NCBI GenBank assembly: GCA_002269645.1
Contig: NIVC01001329.1
Location: forward strand, 62,001 to 126,000
Length of the DNA: 64,000 nt
Direction: 5' to 3'
DNA from: Macrostomum lignano
Taxonomy: Eukaryota
Shown: positions 1-12,451 of the stretch, one piece after another
Layout: each line of letters opens with the position of its first letter
How positions within the stretch are numbered: the first letter of the stretch is position 1
The notes under the pieces: model-generated
Told to the model about the DNA's origin: nothing
The model's database searches: none
What the model saw: only the letters and a program-made list of their open reading frames with translations
Position numbers and translations under genes: made by a program

Positions 1-213
1 TCTGTGTGTGTCTTAGTTTCTGTCGATGTGTCTGTCTATCTGTTTGTCTGTAAGCCTGTGTCTGTCTGTCTGTCTGTCTGCCTGCCTGCCTGTCTGTCTG
101 TCTGTCTGTCTGTGTCTGCCTGTCGTCTGTCTGTCTGCCTGTCGTCTGTCTGTCTGCCTGTCGTCTGTCTGCCTGCCTGTCTGTCTGTCTGTCTGTCTGT
201 CTGTCTGCCTGTC

Positions 214-273
<60 letters not shown>

Positions 274-320
274 GCCTGCCTGTCTGTCTGTCTGCCTGTC
301 TGTCTGTCTGTCTGCCTGTC

Positions 321-352
<32 letters not shown>

Positions 353-375
353 GCCTGCCTGTCTGTCTGTCTGCC

Positions 376-423
<48 letters not shown>

Positions 424-450
424 GGTCGTCTGTCTGCCTACCTGCCTGCC

Positions 451-494
<44 letters not shown>

Positions 495-520
495 GTCTGT
501 CTGTCTGCCTGTCTGTCTGT
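1..520. repeat. (TCTG)n/(GACA)n microsatellite in NPC1 intron 7
   Basis: Direct reading; source of spurious VCLS/QTDR ORFs. Short copies also at ~19260 and 63980-64000. Confidence 0.97.
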
Positions 521-530
521 CCGCACTCAC

Positions 531-3500
531 CAACATAGCTGAGCAGCACAGGCAGGAACACGAGGCCGTGCAGCGCTCCGAACAGCACAATGCCCAGGTA
601 CATGCGGAAGTAGAAGATGCGGAACAGCTGGGACTTGGCGAAGCCCAGCACCACAATGCCGCCCAGCTTGGTGAGGGTGATGCCGGAGAACACGGAGCTG
701 CCCATGTGGATGAAGCACTCGCGAGCGCGCAGCAGCCTGGTTGGCTCCTCGGACACGGTGAAAGCGCGAACCATGTGGGAGCAGAACTCCACTGAGATGC
801 CCAGCGCCTGCGGATCGAGTGGCAATTCGGAATCCTTTACAGGCTTGCCATTTAATTGATAATCTCACTCATCTCATTGATAATCCCACCATTTCATTGA
901 TAATGCCACCTTTCGCTCTCCTAATCTCACCTTTCGCTCTCCTAATCTCACCTCTCTCTCTCTGAGAATCTCACCTGTCTCTCTGAGAATCTCACCTGTC
1001 TCTCTGCTAATCTCACCTGTCTTTCTGGGAATCTCACCTGTCTCTCTCCTAATCTCACTTGTCTTTCTTCTAATCTCACCTGTCTCTCTGCTAATCTCAC
1101 CTCTCTCCGAGAATTTCACCTGTCTCTCTGGGAATCTCATCTGTCTCTCTAAAAATCTCACCTGTCTCTCTGGTAATCTCACCTCTCTCCGAAATTCTCA
1201 CCTGTCTCTCTGAGAATGTCACCTATCTCTCTGAGAATGTCACCTGTCTCTGTGAGAATGTCACCTGTCCCTCTGAGAATCTCACCTGTCTCTCTGCGAA
1301 TGTTACCTGTCCCTCTGAGAATCTTACCTGTCTCTCTGAGAATCTCACTGGTCTCTACGCTAATCGCACCTGTCTCTCTGCTAATCTCACCTGTCTCATA
1401 TTACTCCTGGGTCACTCTCATCCTTATCCATAGCTAAAAGCAACACAAACAAAACTCACCATGACAAGATTAACCAAAGACACGGCATTCAAGGTGATAT
1501 CCCAGAAGTACATCAGGCCTAGCATAGAGTTGAGTATGAGGCCAATAGTGAGCATAATAATGACGGTAGCGTACAGATCCAGTCCTAGCAGGACAAAAGT
1601 CACAACGGCAATGGCAGCTGCGCAGATGCTCAAGTTAGTAAACGTATCCTTGGCAATAGTCAGGTACTGCTCGTAGAACACGTAGAACACGCTATAGGGG
1701 AACACCTTGAACTCGGGCTCGCGACCCAGCTGGCGTTTGAAATTAGCATTGATGCCATCGGATATGGCGACAGCCGATCGGTAAGCGTTGGTGAAGTCGG
1801 AGTCAGTTCTCAGCACAGAATGGTAGGCCATGAAATGAGAGGCTGACACTGCGGACACTTTGCTGCTGCCAGGCTGTGACGATTGCCGCTCCAGGGACAC
1901 CGCGTTGGCGTAGGCGGCGTGGCCTCCCTTGGCGCAGGCAACTCCGGGATTGTCGCGAAGGAAAAAGTCCAGGTAGCCATAGAAACTGCTGGCATCCGGC
2001 CAGGAGCTGCTGCTGCTGCTGGTGAAGTTCACCTGGCAACCGGTGCAGTCTGGCTGAGGGCCCAGGGAGGCTGGGCAGAACTGATGCGGCTTCCCAGCTC
2101 GATAGCGGCAGCACTGCACCCCACTGCCAGAGCCGCTCGGGCTGAGCCAGTCCACGTAGTCATCAAGCCACGAGCTGGCCGGAGTGGCCAGATACGACAC
2201 CGACTGCCGGTCGGGCTTGGACAGCCGCGACAACCGGCTCATCATGGAGTCCTGAGGACAGCCGGCCCGGCCGCACACCAGCTTGGCGTGAGCTGGCCGA
2301 GAGAAATCGATACCATGGCCAGCCAGTACAAAGTAAACGGGCGGTCCGACGCTCAGGTATTTCTTCACTCCATCAAAGTATCCGATCATGTAGCTGTCTA
2401 CTGGCATGCTGATTTCCTGGTCCAGGCCGCTGCGAATGCCCGGAATGGCAGCCAGGCACACGAATGCCCAGCTGACAAATGCTAGGATAACAACTGGTCG
2501 GCAGACTGGGGACAACAGCACGCGGGACAGGTGGCGCTTGAACAGCTGGAATAGAAAGCCGCGGCTCTCCGACTTCACCGTGGCGCTGTCCTCGGGCCGG
2601 CTGGACATGGGCTGCGACTTGCTGCTCAAGCAGCACAGCATGTCGAATCTGGAGATGAGCATCACATCATGTACATTATGTACTAGCATCAGTCAAAATT
2701 ATTCCTTTTGCTGTCGCTGTAATGCCTTCTCAGCATCCTACTAAAGTACCCAGCTCAAATATATACCCAGATATACCCCCTGTAATATACCCCAGAAATA
2801 CCCCTGTAACATACCCCAGAAATACCCCCTGTAACATACCCCAGAAATACTCACTGTTAACATACCCCAGAAATACCCACTGTAACATACCCCTGAAATA
2901 ACCCCCTGTAACATACTCCTGAAATACCCCCTGTAACATACTCCTGAAATACCCCCTGTAACATACCCCAGAAATACCCACTGTAACATACCCCTGAAAT
3001 ACCCCCCTGTAACATACTCCTGAAATACCCCCTGTAACATACCCCTGAAATACCCGCTGTAGCTTTTCTTAGAAATAGCCCCTAGGTCATTGCCCTTCTG
3101 CATCCACTTCTAGAAGCATCCCTAGAATACATCTCTTACAAATAAACCTAGAAAACCCCAAGAAATACCCCTAGAACCTCCAGAATACCTTGAAATAAAC
3201 CTAGAATGTCCCCTAGAATAGCCCTATAAATACCCTAGAATAGCCCTATAAATACCCTAGAATAGCCCTACAAATACCCGCCCTAGAAATACCCCGAAGA
3301 GCCTGGCCGCGCAGGTCAGTCGCTAGCCATTGTGACAAGCTAATAAAGCAACTCACCTGGCAGATGCCTGTCGCTTGCAGTCGAGAGTGAGCAAAGCCAC
3401 AAAGCAGCTGATCTGCAGCAGGAAGTCAATCAGCACAGCCATGCCAGCGTACAGGGCGAACACTCGGACAGCTGGCATCGGTGTCAGAGCTCCGAAGAAG

Positions 3501-6500
3501 AAGGCAACAGACTCGCTAGCGCTGGACAGCAGCATGCTGGGCCCGACCCGGCCAACAGCCCGAGCCACGCGCGACTCCACCGAATCCGTGCAGGCGCTGT
3601 AGTCCCGCTGATAGGCCTGCACCAAGATGAAGATGTTGTCAACCCGACTGCCAGCACCAGGAACGGCACCACCTCCACTATGATGAGGGTGGCCGGATAG
3701 CCCAGGAAACTCCAGACTCCCAGAGATGAAGACACGGCCAGCAGTACGATGACAACTCCGGCCAAGCCTAGAGTGATTTTCAAATCTATCATAACCCTTG
3801 AGCAGGACTTGTACTGGCCTAGGGTGACTGTCACATAGCCAAACATCACTAAATAGCTGATGAGGATGGTCAGAACATCCGAGTGCGACTCCCGCTCCAG
3901 TTCATCCTGGATGCTGCGCTCGCTGCGGTAGCGAATGTCCCACAGGTCTTCGTGAGAGCTGGCGTGTCTGCGGGTTGGAGGGGGCGATTCTCATGCCTGC
4001 ATTTCTCATCTGTTTGTTCTTTCTCATGCCCGCATTTCTCATCTGTCTGTTCTTTCTCATACCCGCATTTCTCATCTGTCTGTTCTTTCTCATGCCTGCA
4101 TTTCTCATCTGTCTGTTCTTTCTCATACCCGCATTTCTCATCTATCTGTTCTTTCTCATGCCTGCATTTCTCATGTCTTTTCTTTCTCATGCCCGCATTT
4201 CTCATCTGTCTGTTCTTTCTCATGCCCGCATTTCTCATCTGTCTGTTCTTTCTCATGCCTGCATTTCTCATCTATCTGTTCTTTCACATGCCTGCATTTC
4301 TCATGCCTGCATTTCTTATCTGTCTGTTCTTTCTCATGCCTGCATTTCTCATCTGTCTGTTCTTTCTCATGCCTGCATTTCTCATCTGTCTGTTCTTTCT
4401 CATGCCTGCATTTCTCATGTCTTTTCTTTCTCATACCCGCATTTCTCATCTGTCTGTTCTTTCTCATACCCGCATTTCTCATCTATCTGTTCTTTCTCAT
4501 GCCTGCATTTCTCATGTCTTTTCTTTCTCATGCCTGCATTTCTCATCTGTCTGTTCTTTCTCATGCCCGCATTTCTCATCTGTCTGTTCTTTCTCATGCC
4601 TGCATTTCTCATCTATCTGTTCTTTCACATGCCTGCATTTCTCATGCCTGCATTTCTTATCTGTCTGTTCTTTCTCATGCCTGCATTTCTCATCTGTCTG
4701 TTCTTTCTCATGCCTGCATTTCTCATCTGTCTGTTCTTTCTCATGCCTGCATTTCTCATCTGTCTGTTCTTTCTCATACCCGCATTTCTCATCTGTCTGT
4801 TCTTTCTCATGCCTGCATTTCTCACGCCCCTCATTCCCCACGCCGGAGCCCAAAACCAACCTCCGCACGACCTCCATGAAGCCGGCCTCCCAGTCGATAG
4901 CCTTCTGTCTCACAGCGGGGTCGTTGCTAACCAAGAAAGTCAGGACAATCGCGCTAGCATTCAAAAACTCCGAGCCATTGTAGCCTCCAAACACTACGGC
5001 GGGGTTGATGGGGCCGCCCCACTCGGATAGGCACGACGGTCCCATGGGATTGTCGGTGCAGGCGGACATGTGCATCCACCAGTCGCTAACGATGAGGTGC
5101 GTGTCCATGGCCAGCATCTCTTCGTCATATTTCACTTGCATCAGGCGGCTCATGTTGGACTGCGAGTGCATGAATAAATAATAACCAATAATTATATAAT
5201 CTCCGAAATCTCACCTTCCCACTCCAGAGTGACAATCTCAAATCGAGAGTGACAATCTCAAATCAAGAGGGACAATCTCAAATCGAGAGTGACAATCTCA
5301 AATCGAGAGTGACAATCTCAAATCAAGAGGGACAATCTCAAATCGAGAGTGACAATCTCAAATCAAGAGGGACAATCTCAAATCGAGAGGGACAATCTCA
5401 AATCGAGAGTGACAATCTCAAATCAAGAGGGACAATCTCAAATCGAGAGGGACAATCTGAAATCGAGAGTGACAATCTCAAATCAAGAGGGACAATCTCA
5501 AATCAAGAGGGACAATCTCAAATCGAGAGGGACAATCTGAAATCGAGAGTGACAATCTCAAATCAAGAGGGACAATCTCAAATCAAGAGGGACAATCTCA
5601 AATCGAGAGGGACAATCTCAAATCGAGAGTGACAATCTCAAATCAAGAGTGACAATCTCAAATCAAGAGTGACAATCTCAAATCGAGAGTGACAATCTCA
5701 AATCAAGAGGGACAATCTCAAATGGAGAGTGACAATCTCAAATCGAGAGTGACAATCTCAAATCAAGAGGGACAATCTCAAATGGAGAGAGACCATTTCA
5801 ATTGGAGAGTGACCATTTTAAATCGAGTGACAATCTCAAATCGAGAGTGATCATTTCAAATGAAGAGTGACAATCTCAAATTGAGAGTGACAATTTCAAA
5901 TCGAGAGTGACAATCTCAAATCGAGAGTGATCATTTCAAATCGAGAGTGACCAGGACCATTTCAAATGGAGAGTGACCATTTCAAATGGAGAGTGACCAT
6001 TTCAAATAGAGTGACAATCTCAAATCGAGTGACAATCTCAAATCGAGAGTGACAATCTCAAATCGAGAGTGACAATCTCAAATCGAGAGTGACAATCTCA
6101 AATCGAGAGTGACAATCTCAAATCGAGAGTGACAATCTCAAAATTTCACCCCTTTTATTGCAATCGAGAGTGACAAAGACGCACCTGAAAATACCCGAGC
6201 GGACTCTGCACAGCGCAGGTAGTGTAGTCAGGAGCCAGCGGCTTGAAGCAGATATCCGACAGGGTGATGTTCGCTGTGCCAAGCGAACTCTTCACAGACA
6301 GATTGACTACGTCTAACTGCAGCTGTAGCACGCGTTTAAGAAAGCTTTTGCTCAGCGCTGGCCCAAGTTGTTTGTGCTTTGGCAAGTCGTAGTAGTCATA
6401 GGAACTGATGGGCACCGGGCTCTGGTTCCTGGGGATGATGATCACTTGCTCCGTGCGGAAGAACGGCCTGGCGGTTTGGTGAAGAAAGTTTGACAATTGA

Positions 6501-9500
6501 TTTTGTAATCTAAGAGTGAGATTTGCAATCTGGGAGTGAGATTTGTAATCTAAGAGTGTGATTTGTAATCTAAGAGTGAGATTTGTAATCTAAGAGTGTG
6601 ATTTGTAATCTAAGAGTGCGATTTGTAATCTAAGAGTGAGATTTGTAATCTAAGAGTGAGGTTTGTAATCTGGGAGTGAGATTTGTAATCTAAGAGTGTG
6701 ATTTGTAATCTAAGAGTGAGATTTGTAATCTAAGAGTGAGATTTGTAATCTAAGAGTGAGATTTGTAATCTAAGAGTGTGATTTGTAATCTAAGAGTGAG
6801 ATTTGTAATCTAAGAGTGAGATTTGTAATCTAAGAGTGAGATTTGTAATCTAAGAGTGTGATTTGTAATCTAAGAGTGAGATTTGTAATCTGGGAGTGAG
6901 ATTTGTAATCTAAGAGTGTGATTTGTAATCTAAGAGTGAGATTTGTAATCTAAAAGTGAGATTTGTAATCTAAGAGTGAGATTTGTAATCTAAAAGTGAG
7001 ATTTGTAATCTAAGAGTGAGAACAAGGATAATTTTGAAAATATTTAGCATAAAAATTTACGAGTTGAATGATACAAGTTTCTAAATAAAAATTACCCAAC
7101 CCTTGCGTAGGACCCCCCCCCCCGCACTGCACAATTCAAAAAAGGTCAGGACTATTTGCAACCAGCATCAGGCCACCCGCCTACAAAGCCCGCCCACCCT
7201 CAACCTTCATTAAACATATTTAGTGAAGAGAAAAATCATAAACAGTTAGCGCAGAAGAACCCCAAATTCGGACACACTTCGGTGCCAAGCGATGACTCAC
7301 ACGCCTGACCCCCTGTCCCGCATTCTAAGCCAGGGACTACTGAAAAAGAGAATCTGGACTGGAAAGCCCTGACCAGAATCGAATCTCAGAGCTGACAAAG
7401 GCGCTGAGATGAGAGGCGTAAAGTGCATCACGCCATCAGGAGAGAGCGGCCCCACTCTCTATCCCAAAATCGCAGAAAGCTTGTGTACAACTAACTGGAG
7501 CTAAAAATAGAACTCTCCCCATCAACAGAGAAGACCTTGATTAGCGCGTTGCTATGGGAAACGGCCCAGAGACGGGCAGGGAAGGGAAGGGACGGGAAAG
7601 GAGAGAGAAGAGAAGATCAGGATAAATCCTTCTCATCTGATTTAATCCATTCATTACCTTTGCCACATCTCAGTAGTATGCATATTTTCCTTTACAATAT
7701 TATAACTTGAATTTAAAAGTATTATAGTCAATAACCACACATAGGAGGAGTAAATAAAGTACACGCAAGGACTGAGTTAAGGGCACACAGCTGTGCCCGG
7801 TCAAGCGGTTTACTGTTTAATATAACTCAAACAAGCTTATAGACTTTATAAAATGGCGCGACAGTGCAGATCTACCAACCCCATATAAGTTGCAGCGGCC
7901 AGCTGCTGTCAAAGCTACCGTTAACATAATGCAATCGATAAGTTTTAACTAAAACAACTGTATAAAATGTAACCTATTCACTTCCTCCTGATTGTCATCA
8001 AACTAACTAATCATTCAATTAAGGCTAATTTATCAATCTAAATGACATAACTGATAGCTGGTTGCTGAGTAAATACCCACACTGTGTTTATTTTGCATAC
8101 ATTAATATGATTGCTTTGATAAGCGTGGGTTAATAAGATAATCATATTTTACAATTGGAAAATCAAACTGATACAGTATGAGGCTGCGACCCAGCAACTG
8201 AGGATCTGGGAGGCTGGCCTAGCAACTGAGGATCTGGGAGGCTGGCCTAGCAACTGAGGATCTGGGAGGCTGGCCTAGCAACTGAGGATCCGGGAGGCTT
8301 GGCCCGGCAACTGAGGATCTGGGAGGCTGGCCTAGCAACTGAGGATCTGGGAGGCTGGCCTAGCAACTGAGGATCTGGGAGGCTGGCCTAGCAACTGAGG
8401 ATCTGGGAGGCTGGCCTAGCAACTGAGGATCCGGGAGGCTTGGCCCGGCAACTGAGGATCTGGGAGGCTGGCCTAGCGACTGAGGATCTGGGAGCCTGGC
8501 CTAGCAACTGAGGATCTGGGAGGCTGGCCTAGCAACTGAGGATCTGGGAGGCTGGCCTAGCAACTGAGGATCTGGGAGGCTGGCCTAGCAGCTGAGGATC
8601 TGGGAGGCCGGCCCAGCAACTAAGAATCTGGGAGGCTGGCCCAGCAGCTGAGGATCTGGGAGGCTGGCCTAGCGACTGAGGATCTGGGAGGCTGGCCCAG
8701 CAACTGAGGATCTGGGAGGCTGGCCCAGCAACTGAGGATTTGGCGAGCAAGGCGCACAGTGATATCGCAGCGGCTCACCCGAAGTGCGCATCAAAGTACT
8801 CCTTCTGCTGCCTGGCAGTGCTGTCTGGAGCGCTCCACAGGTCCACAGGGTCGGTGGTGACCTGGAAGCGGATGATGCCGCAGCTGAGGCCCAGGCAGGC
8901 CAGCAACCCAAGCGTGAGCACCAGCACGGGGTGCCCGGCCACCGCCCGACCCCAGGCCGCAAACACGGATTCAATTCGCCGATCAAAGCCGGCGCACAGC
9001 CTCTCGGACTCGGCACCAGACGATGATGAAGAAGAATTCGACGACTTGGCGCCAGCAACCAGAGCGGCCTCGGAGCGGCTGAGCGGCTGGTGGGTCTGGT
9101 GCGGCAGGAAGCACTCCCGGCTGCTCGGCGAAGTCATGCCGAAGGTCACGCCGTTCGGACAGCTGTCCGAGGTGGCCGCAGCGGAGGCGGCTGCAGCTTC
9201 GGCGGCCGCCGCATCGGCTGGATCATCAACGATCAGTTCGTTATCGACGGCAACGGCGGCTGCGGCGGTGGCATCGTCGACAACGTCGCGCTGATGACGC
9301 ATCGGCGAAGACGAGGACTTTTTCGACGGAGGCGAGTAGACGTGGAAGTACAGGTTGGAGGCGGCGAATGCCACAATGAAGGCCGCATAGGCAATGGCCA
9401 GGCAGATGTACCAGACGCTGATGCCGAGAACTCGCCAGGTGTTGGAGGAGCCGCTGCTTTGCAGTGCAGCCAAATCGTTGTCGAATCCGGCGGAAGCTGC

Positions 9501-10560
9501 GGAACACACGGCCGGACAGTCGATGCAGGAGCAGGCCGACTGGCCGTTGAATCCGGTCTGGCAGGGCACCACCTTGGCGTTCATGCCGCACATGTCAGCT
9601 GCAGTGGTTGTCTTAGTAGTCATTGTGGTTTGTGTTGTCACAGTTGATTTGTTACTGCCAGCACTGGGATCTGCATTGGTGACAGGAGTTTTACTAACAA
9701 CGCTGGTTGGAGTGGCGCCACTGCGACCATCGGCGGTCTGGGGCAGCGCAGTCGTCACCGGATTAAGGTCAAAGTCGCCAAAGTCAAATTCGCTATCAAC
9801 AGACCGTCGAGTCCTGCCTGGTTGGTCCTGAGCGGCGCAGGCGTTGTCTGTGACGTGGAATTTAGTCACGAACGGTGCGTACGGGTTTATGGCGGGACTT
9901 CCCAGAAAGTTGAACACATCCGTGACTTTGCAATCCTCAGCTGGCACAGGGGTGCACAGACTGCCGATAGCTTTGCCATTGCCCATTGTGACACTTTTGC
10001 AGCTGTTGAACATGCCCTCGGCAAACTGCCGACTCACTGTGTAGTCAATTCGCAGCACTCCCTTACCAGCTGGGTCGGTCTCAACTACGCGCAGGAACTC
10101 GTGCTGCCGCGGTGAGCAAGCGTACTGGCAGTAGAGGGTGCGGAAGTTGCGCCAGCAGCTCGGGCAGCGCTTGAACAGCATGCCAGCATTGCCGATGCCA
10201 GCGCTGAGTGACAGGACCTGGCTGGCTGAGCAGCACAGCTGCGGATGCCCATCTGGTCCGCGCATGCGGCTGTCCAGCATCTCTGGGCACAGTTGAGCCA
10301 GGGTGTTGAGTGCACTGGAGTTGGTCAGAGGCTGGGGTGGCCCACTGTACTTGCAGTTGAGTGGCTTGCCTGTTTCTGGATGCCGGCCGCATTCATTGTG
10401 CCAAACACAACTGGCAGCAACCTGAGATGGATAATTTATGAAATTTTGTTATAACCAGCCCAAAAACTAAAATATGTCAGAGCAAAATAAAATTTTAAGA
10501 AAAGCTTACCAATTGAACAGAGGTGGCAAGGAATAAACTAATTGTCAAAATGGTTTTCAT
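531..10560 (-). CDS. NPC1: Niemann-Pick C1 lysosomal sterol transporter; 7 exons in window, 3' end beyond position 1; apparent 1-nt frameshift in exon 5
   Basis: Exons 10560-10510, 10421-8779, 6467-6185, 5159-4861, 3967-3357, 2648-1460, 807-531, all GT-AG. Phases agree if one G is added at 3643-3645. Signal peptide [20 protein letters not shown], Cys-rich NTD (CVWHNECG...LCP...CCS...CPSCWRNF...CSPRQ), [31 protein letters not shown], sterol-sensing domain ([22 protein letters not shown]), C-terminal GISVEFCSH and [11 protein letters not shown]. Confidence 0.96.
895..1400. repeat. ~21-bp minisatellite (AATCTCACCTGTCTCTCTGAG), NPC1 intron 6
   Basis: Direct reading. Confidence 0.93.
2760..3300. 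repeat. ~23-25-bp minisatellite (GAAATACCCCCTGTAACATACCCCA) grading into CCCTAGAATA repeats, NPC1 intron 5
   Basis: Direct reading. Confidence 0.9.
3990..4822. repeat. 33-bp minisatellite (TTTCTCATGCCTGCATTTCTCATCTGTCTGTTC) with a ~341-bp higher-order period, NPC1 intron 4
   Basis: Variant CTTTCACATG...ATTTCTTATC recurs at ~4281 and ~4622. Confidence 0.93.
5225..6140. repeat. 20-bp minisatellite (GAGTGACAATCTCAAATCGA), NPC1 intron 3
   Basis: Direct reading. Confidence 0.95.
6505..7020. repeat. 20-bp minisatellite (ATTTGTAATCTAAGAGTGAG), NPC1 intron 2
   Basis: Direct reading. Confidence 0.95.
8190..8740. repeat. 28-bp minisatellite (AGCAACTGAGGATCTGGGAGGCTGGCCT), NPC1 intron 2
   Basis: Direct reading; the same unit recurs at ~59060-59110. 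Confidence 0.95.
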
Positions 10561-10661
10561 CTGAAATAGGAAACATATAGTTATAAAAACTAGCAACTTT
10601 AATAAACATAAAAACTAAAATTGGTTAGTGCTTTAGAACTTAGATTAAAATCCATTACTAA

Positions 10662-10967
10662 TATACATGCGCAACTGCTGGCCGACCTAGCCGATCCGGC
10701 CACCATAAATTGTGGTTGACAAGGGATAAGTTGCAAATTTGAGTTGACCAAAAACAGAAAAACACAAGAACCAAGAAAGAAAGGCAAGAGGAAAGAGAAA
10801 AAGAAAAAAGCAGTTCAGGGAAGTAAAAATGGTGAAGCAAAAGAAAAAAGTCACAAAAGAAGCAAACTAAGTTGCAAAAAGAACCAGGTAAGTCGCAAAA
10901 CTAAGTTGCATTTTTGGTCAAAACTAAGTTGCTTGGCCAGCATAATTTCAGAGGTTGCGCATGTATG
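10662..10967. mobile_element. 306-bp hAT-type MITE with perfect 8-bp TSD, ~100 bp upstream of the NPC1 ATG
   Basis: Ends TATACATGCGCAAC and GTTGCGCATGTATG; ATTACTAA on both sides (10654-10661, 10968-10975). Confidence 0.88.
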
Positions 10968-12451
10968 ATTACTAATCATAACAAAAATCTTTATTTTTAT
11001 AATAATTAATGCTAATTTACAATAGAATAAGTTTGTTTTTAATAATTATTGATATTAAAACTTTATTGATATTAAAAAACAATAAATAATTAAAATAGTT
11101 AAAAAAGACAAAAGCTAACTATAATAAGTCACACATTTTGACAGCAATATGTTATCTAATAGACATTGACAATACCTATCTACTTATCTAGATCAGTCTA
11201 AATAATGGTAAAATATTAGAATAAAAAATTCATACTGACAAATTTAAGAAAAGCTGTCTTTTTAAACTGATTATTTTGTTTATATATTACAATTTATTAT
11301 TATTAACTTAAATTATTTGTCAATAAAATAAATACTGAATAAAAAAATAATAAACTATCCAATTATTGAAACATGGTCATCCATTAAAATACACTGACTT
11401 GATAGTTACAATTAAAATTGTCTTCCTATTAAATATTCAAATAGAATATAATGTGTTATTTATTTATCTAATTTATTTATCTATATTTATCTAAAATATT
11501 ATCTTACTTATCTTATTATAAATTTTTATATAATTTGCAAGTCTTACAGTAAAAAGGTTTTACAAAATTATGAAGGATATAAAAAAATCTTTTTAAAAGT
11601 CATTTTGTCGACCAGCTAATGAAAATGTGGCAAATGAAATAAACCATTATTTACCATTCTATAGGGCCTATCTATACTAAGATTCTTAATGAAGGCAAAG
11701 GGCAAAAATATATTAGAATTTTAAGGCTTAACGGCTACTTTTTAGACTATGGAGAGTGGCCAAGGATCAAAGTCTAATAGTTACTATGCTATAGGCAAGA
11801 TAAATGTATAAGCATGCCAGAAAAGCACTATCTCAAAGATAAATTTTGCTAAAATCATAGAAACAAAAGGCTTATGTTGACAAAAACTATTTAAATATTG
11901 TTGCTTTATATAAGCAGTTAAAAAGTAAGATTAGGCCTTAAATGAAGTCAATTCAATATATCTATAAATAATTTGCCTGTCAACATTGCAAGAATTAAAG
12001 TTCTACATTTCTGAGGCTTATTTAGGCTAAAGCTCATACTCCCTCATAGCCATATCAGATCAGTTTTCTTAGCCTTAAATTTTTTGTCCTCAAACCATTA
12101 GACACATGCGGATACAAGACGGGTAATTTGTTATCGTTTGCAATTTGCTGAGTACTGTACAGCGAGCTTCAATTCCATTATTCCAGTTAGACTTCCAGTT
12201 AGTCGATAAGTCAAGTGCAGTGCATCAAGATTCAAGTGAAATAATAAATAATAGTGTTAGTGATAGGCGAAATAAATGTCAAAACAGTATGTGTTAAATT
12301 TCTTTGAGAGTATAAATAATATTAATAAATGCCTGCTATGTATTGTTACAAACAAAAACATGACTTTAGGCTTTAGCACTGATTCTACACAGGCCTGAAT
12401 AAACAACTTTTTTGTTAAATCAAAATTTCGCCAGATATGGCACCATCGATC

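Noticed and set aside
7040-7660. GC-richer island in NPC1 intron 2, possibly a retroelement fragment with a small hairpin at ~7620-7650
   Set aside because: No termini, TSD, ORF or second copy found in the window.
8740-10115. Plus-strand ORFs antisense to NPC1, and similar ones opposite EML, KIN17 and GRAMD1 exons
   Set aside because: Shadow ORFs expected from GC-rich codon usage on the coding strand; no recognisable domains.
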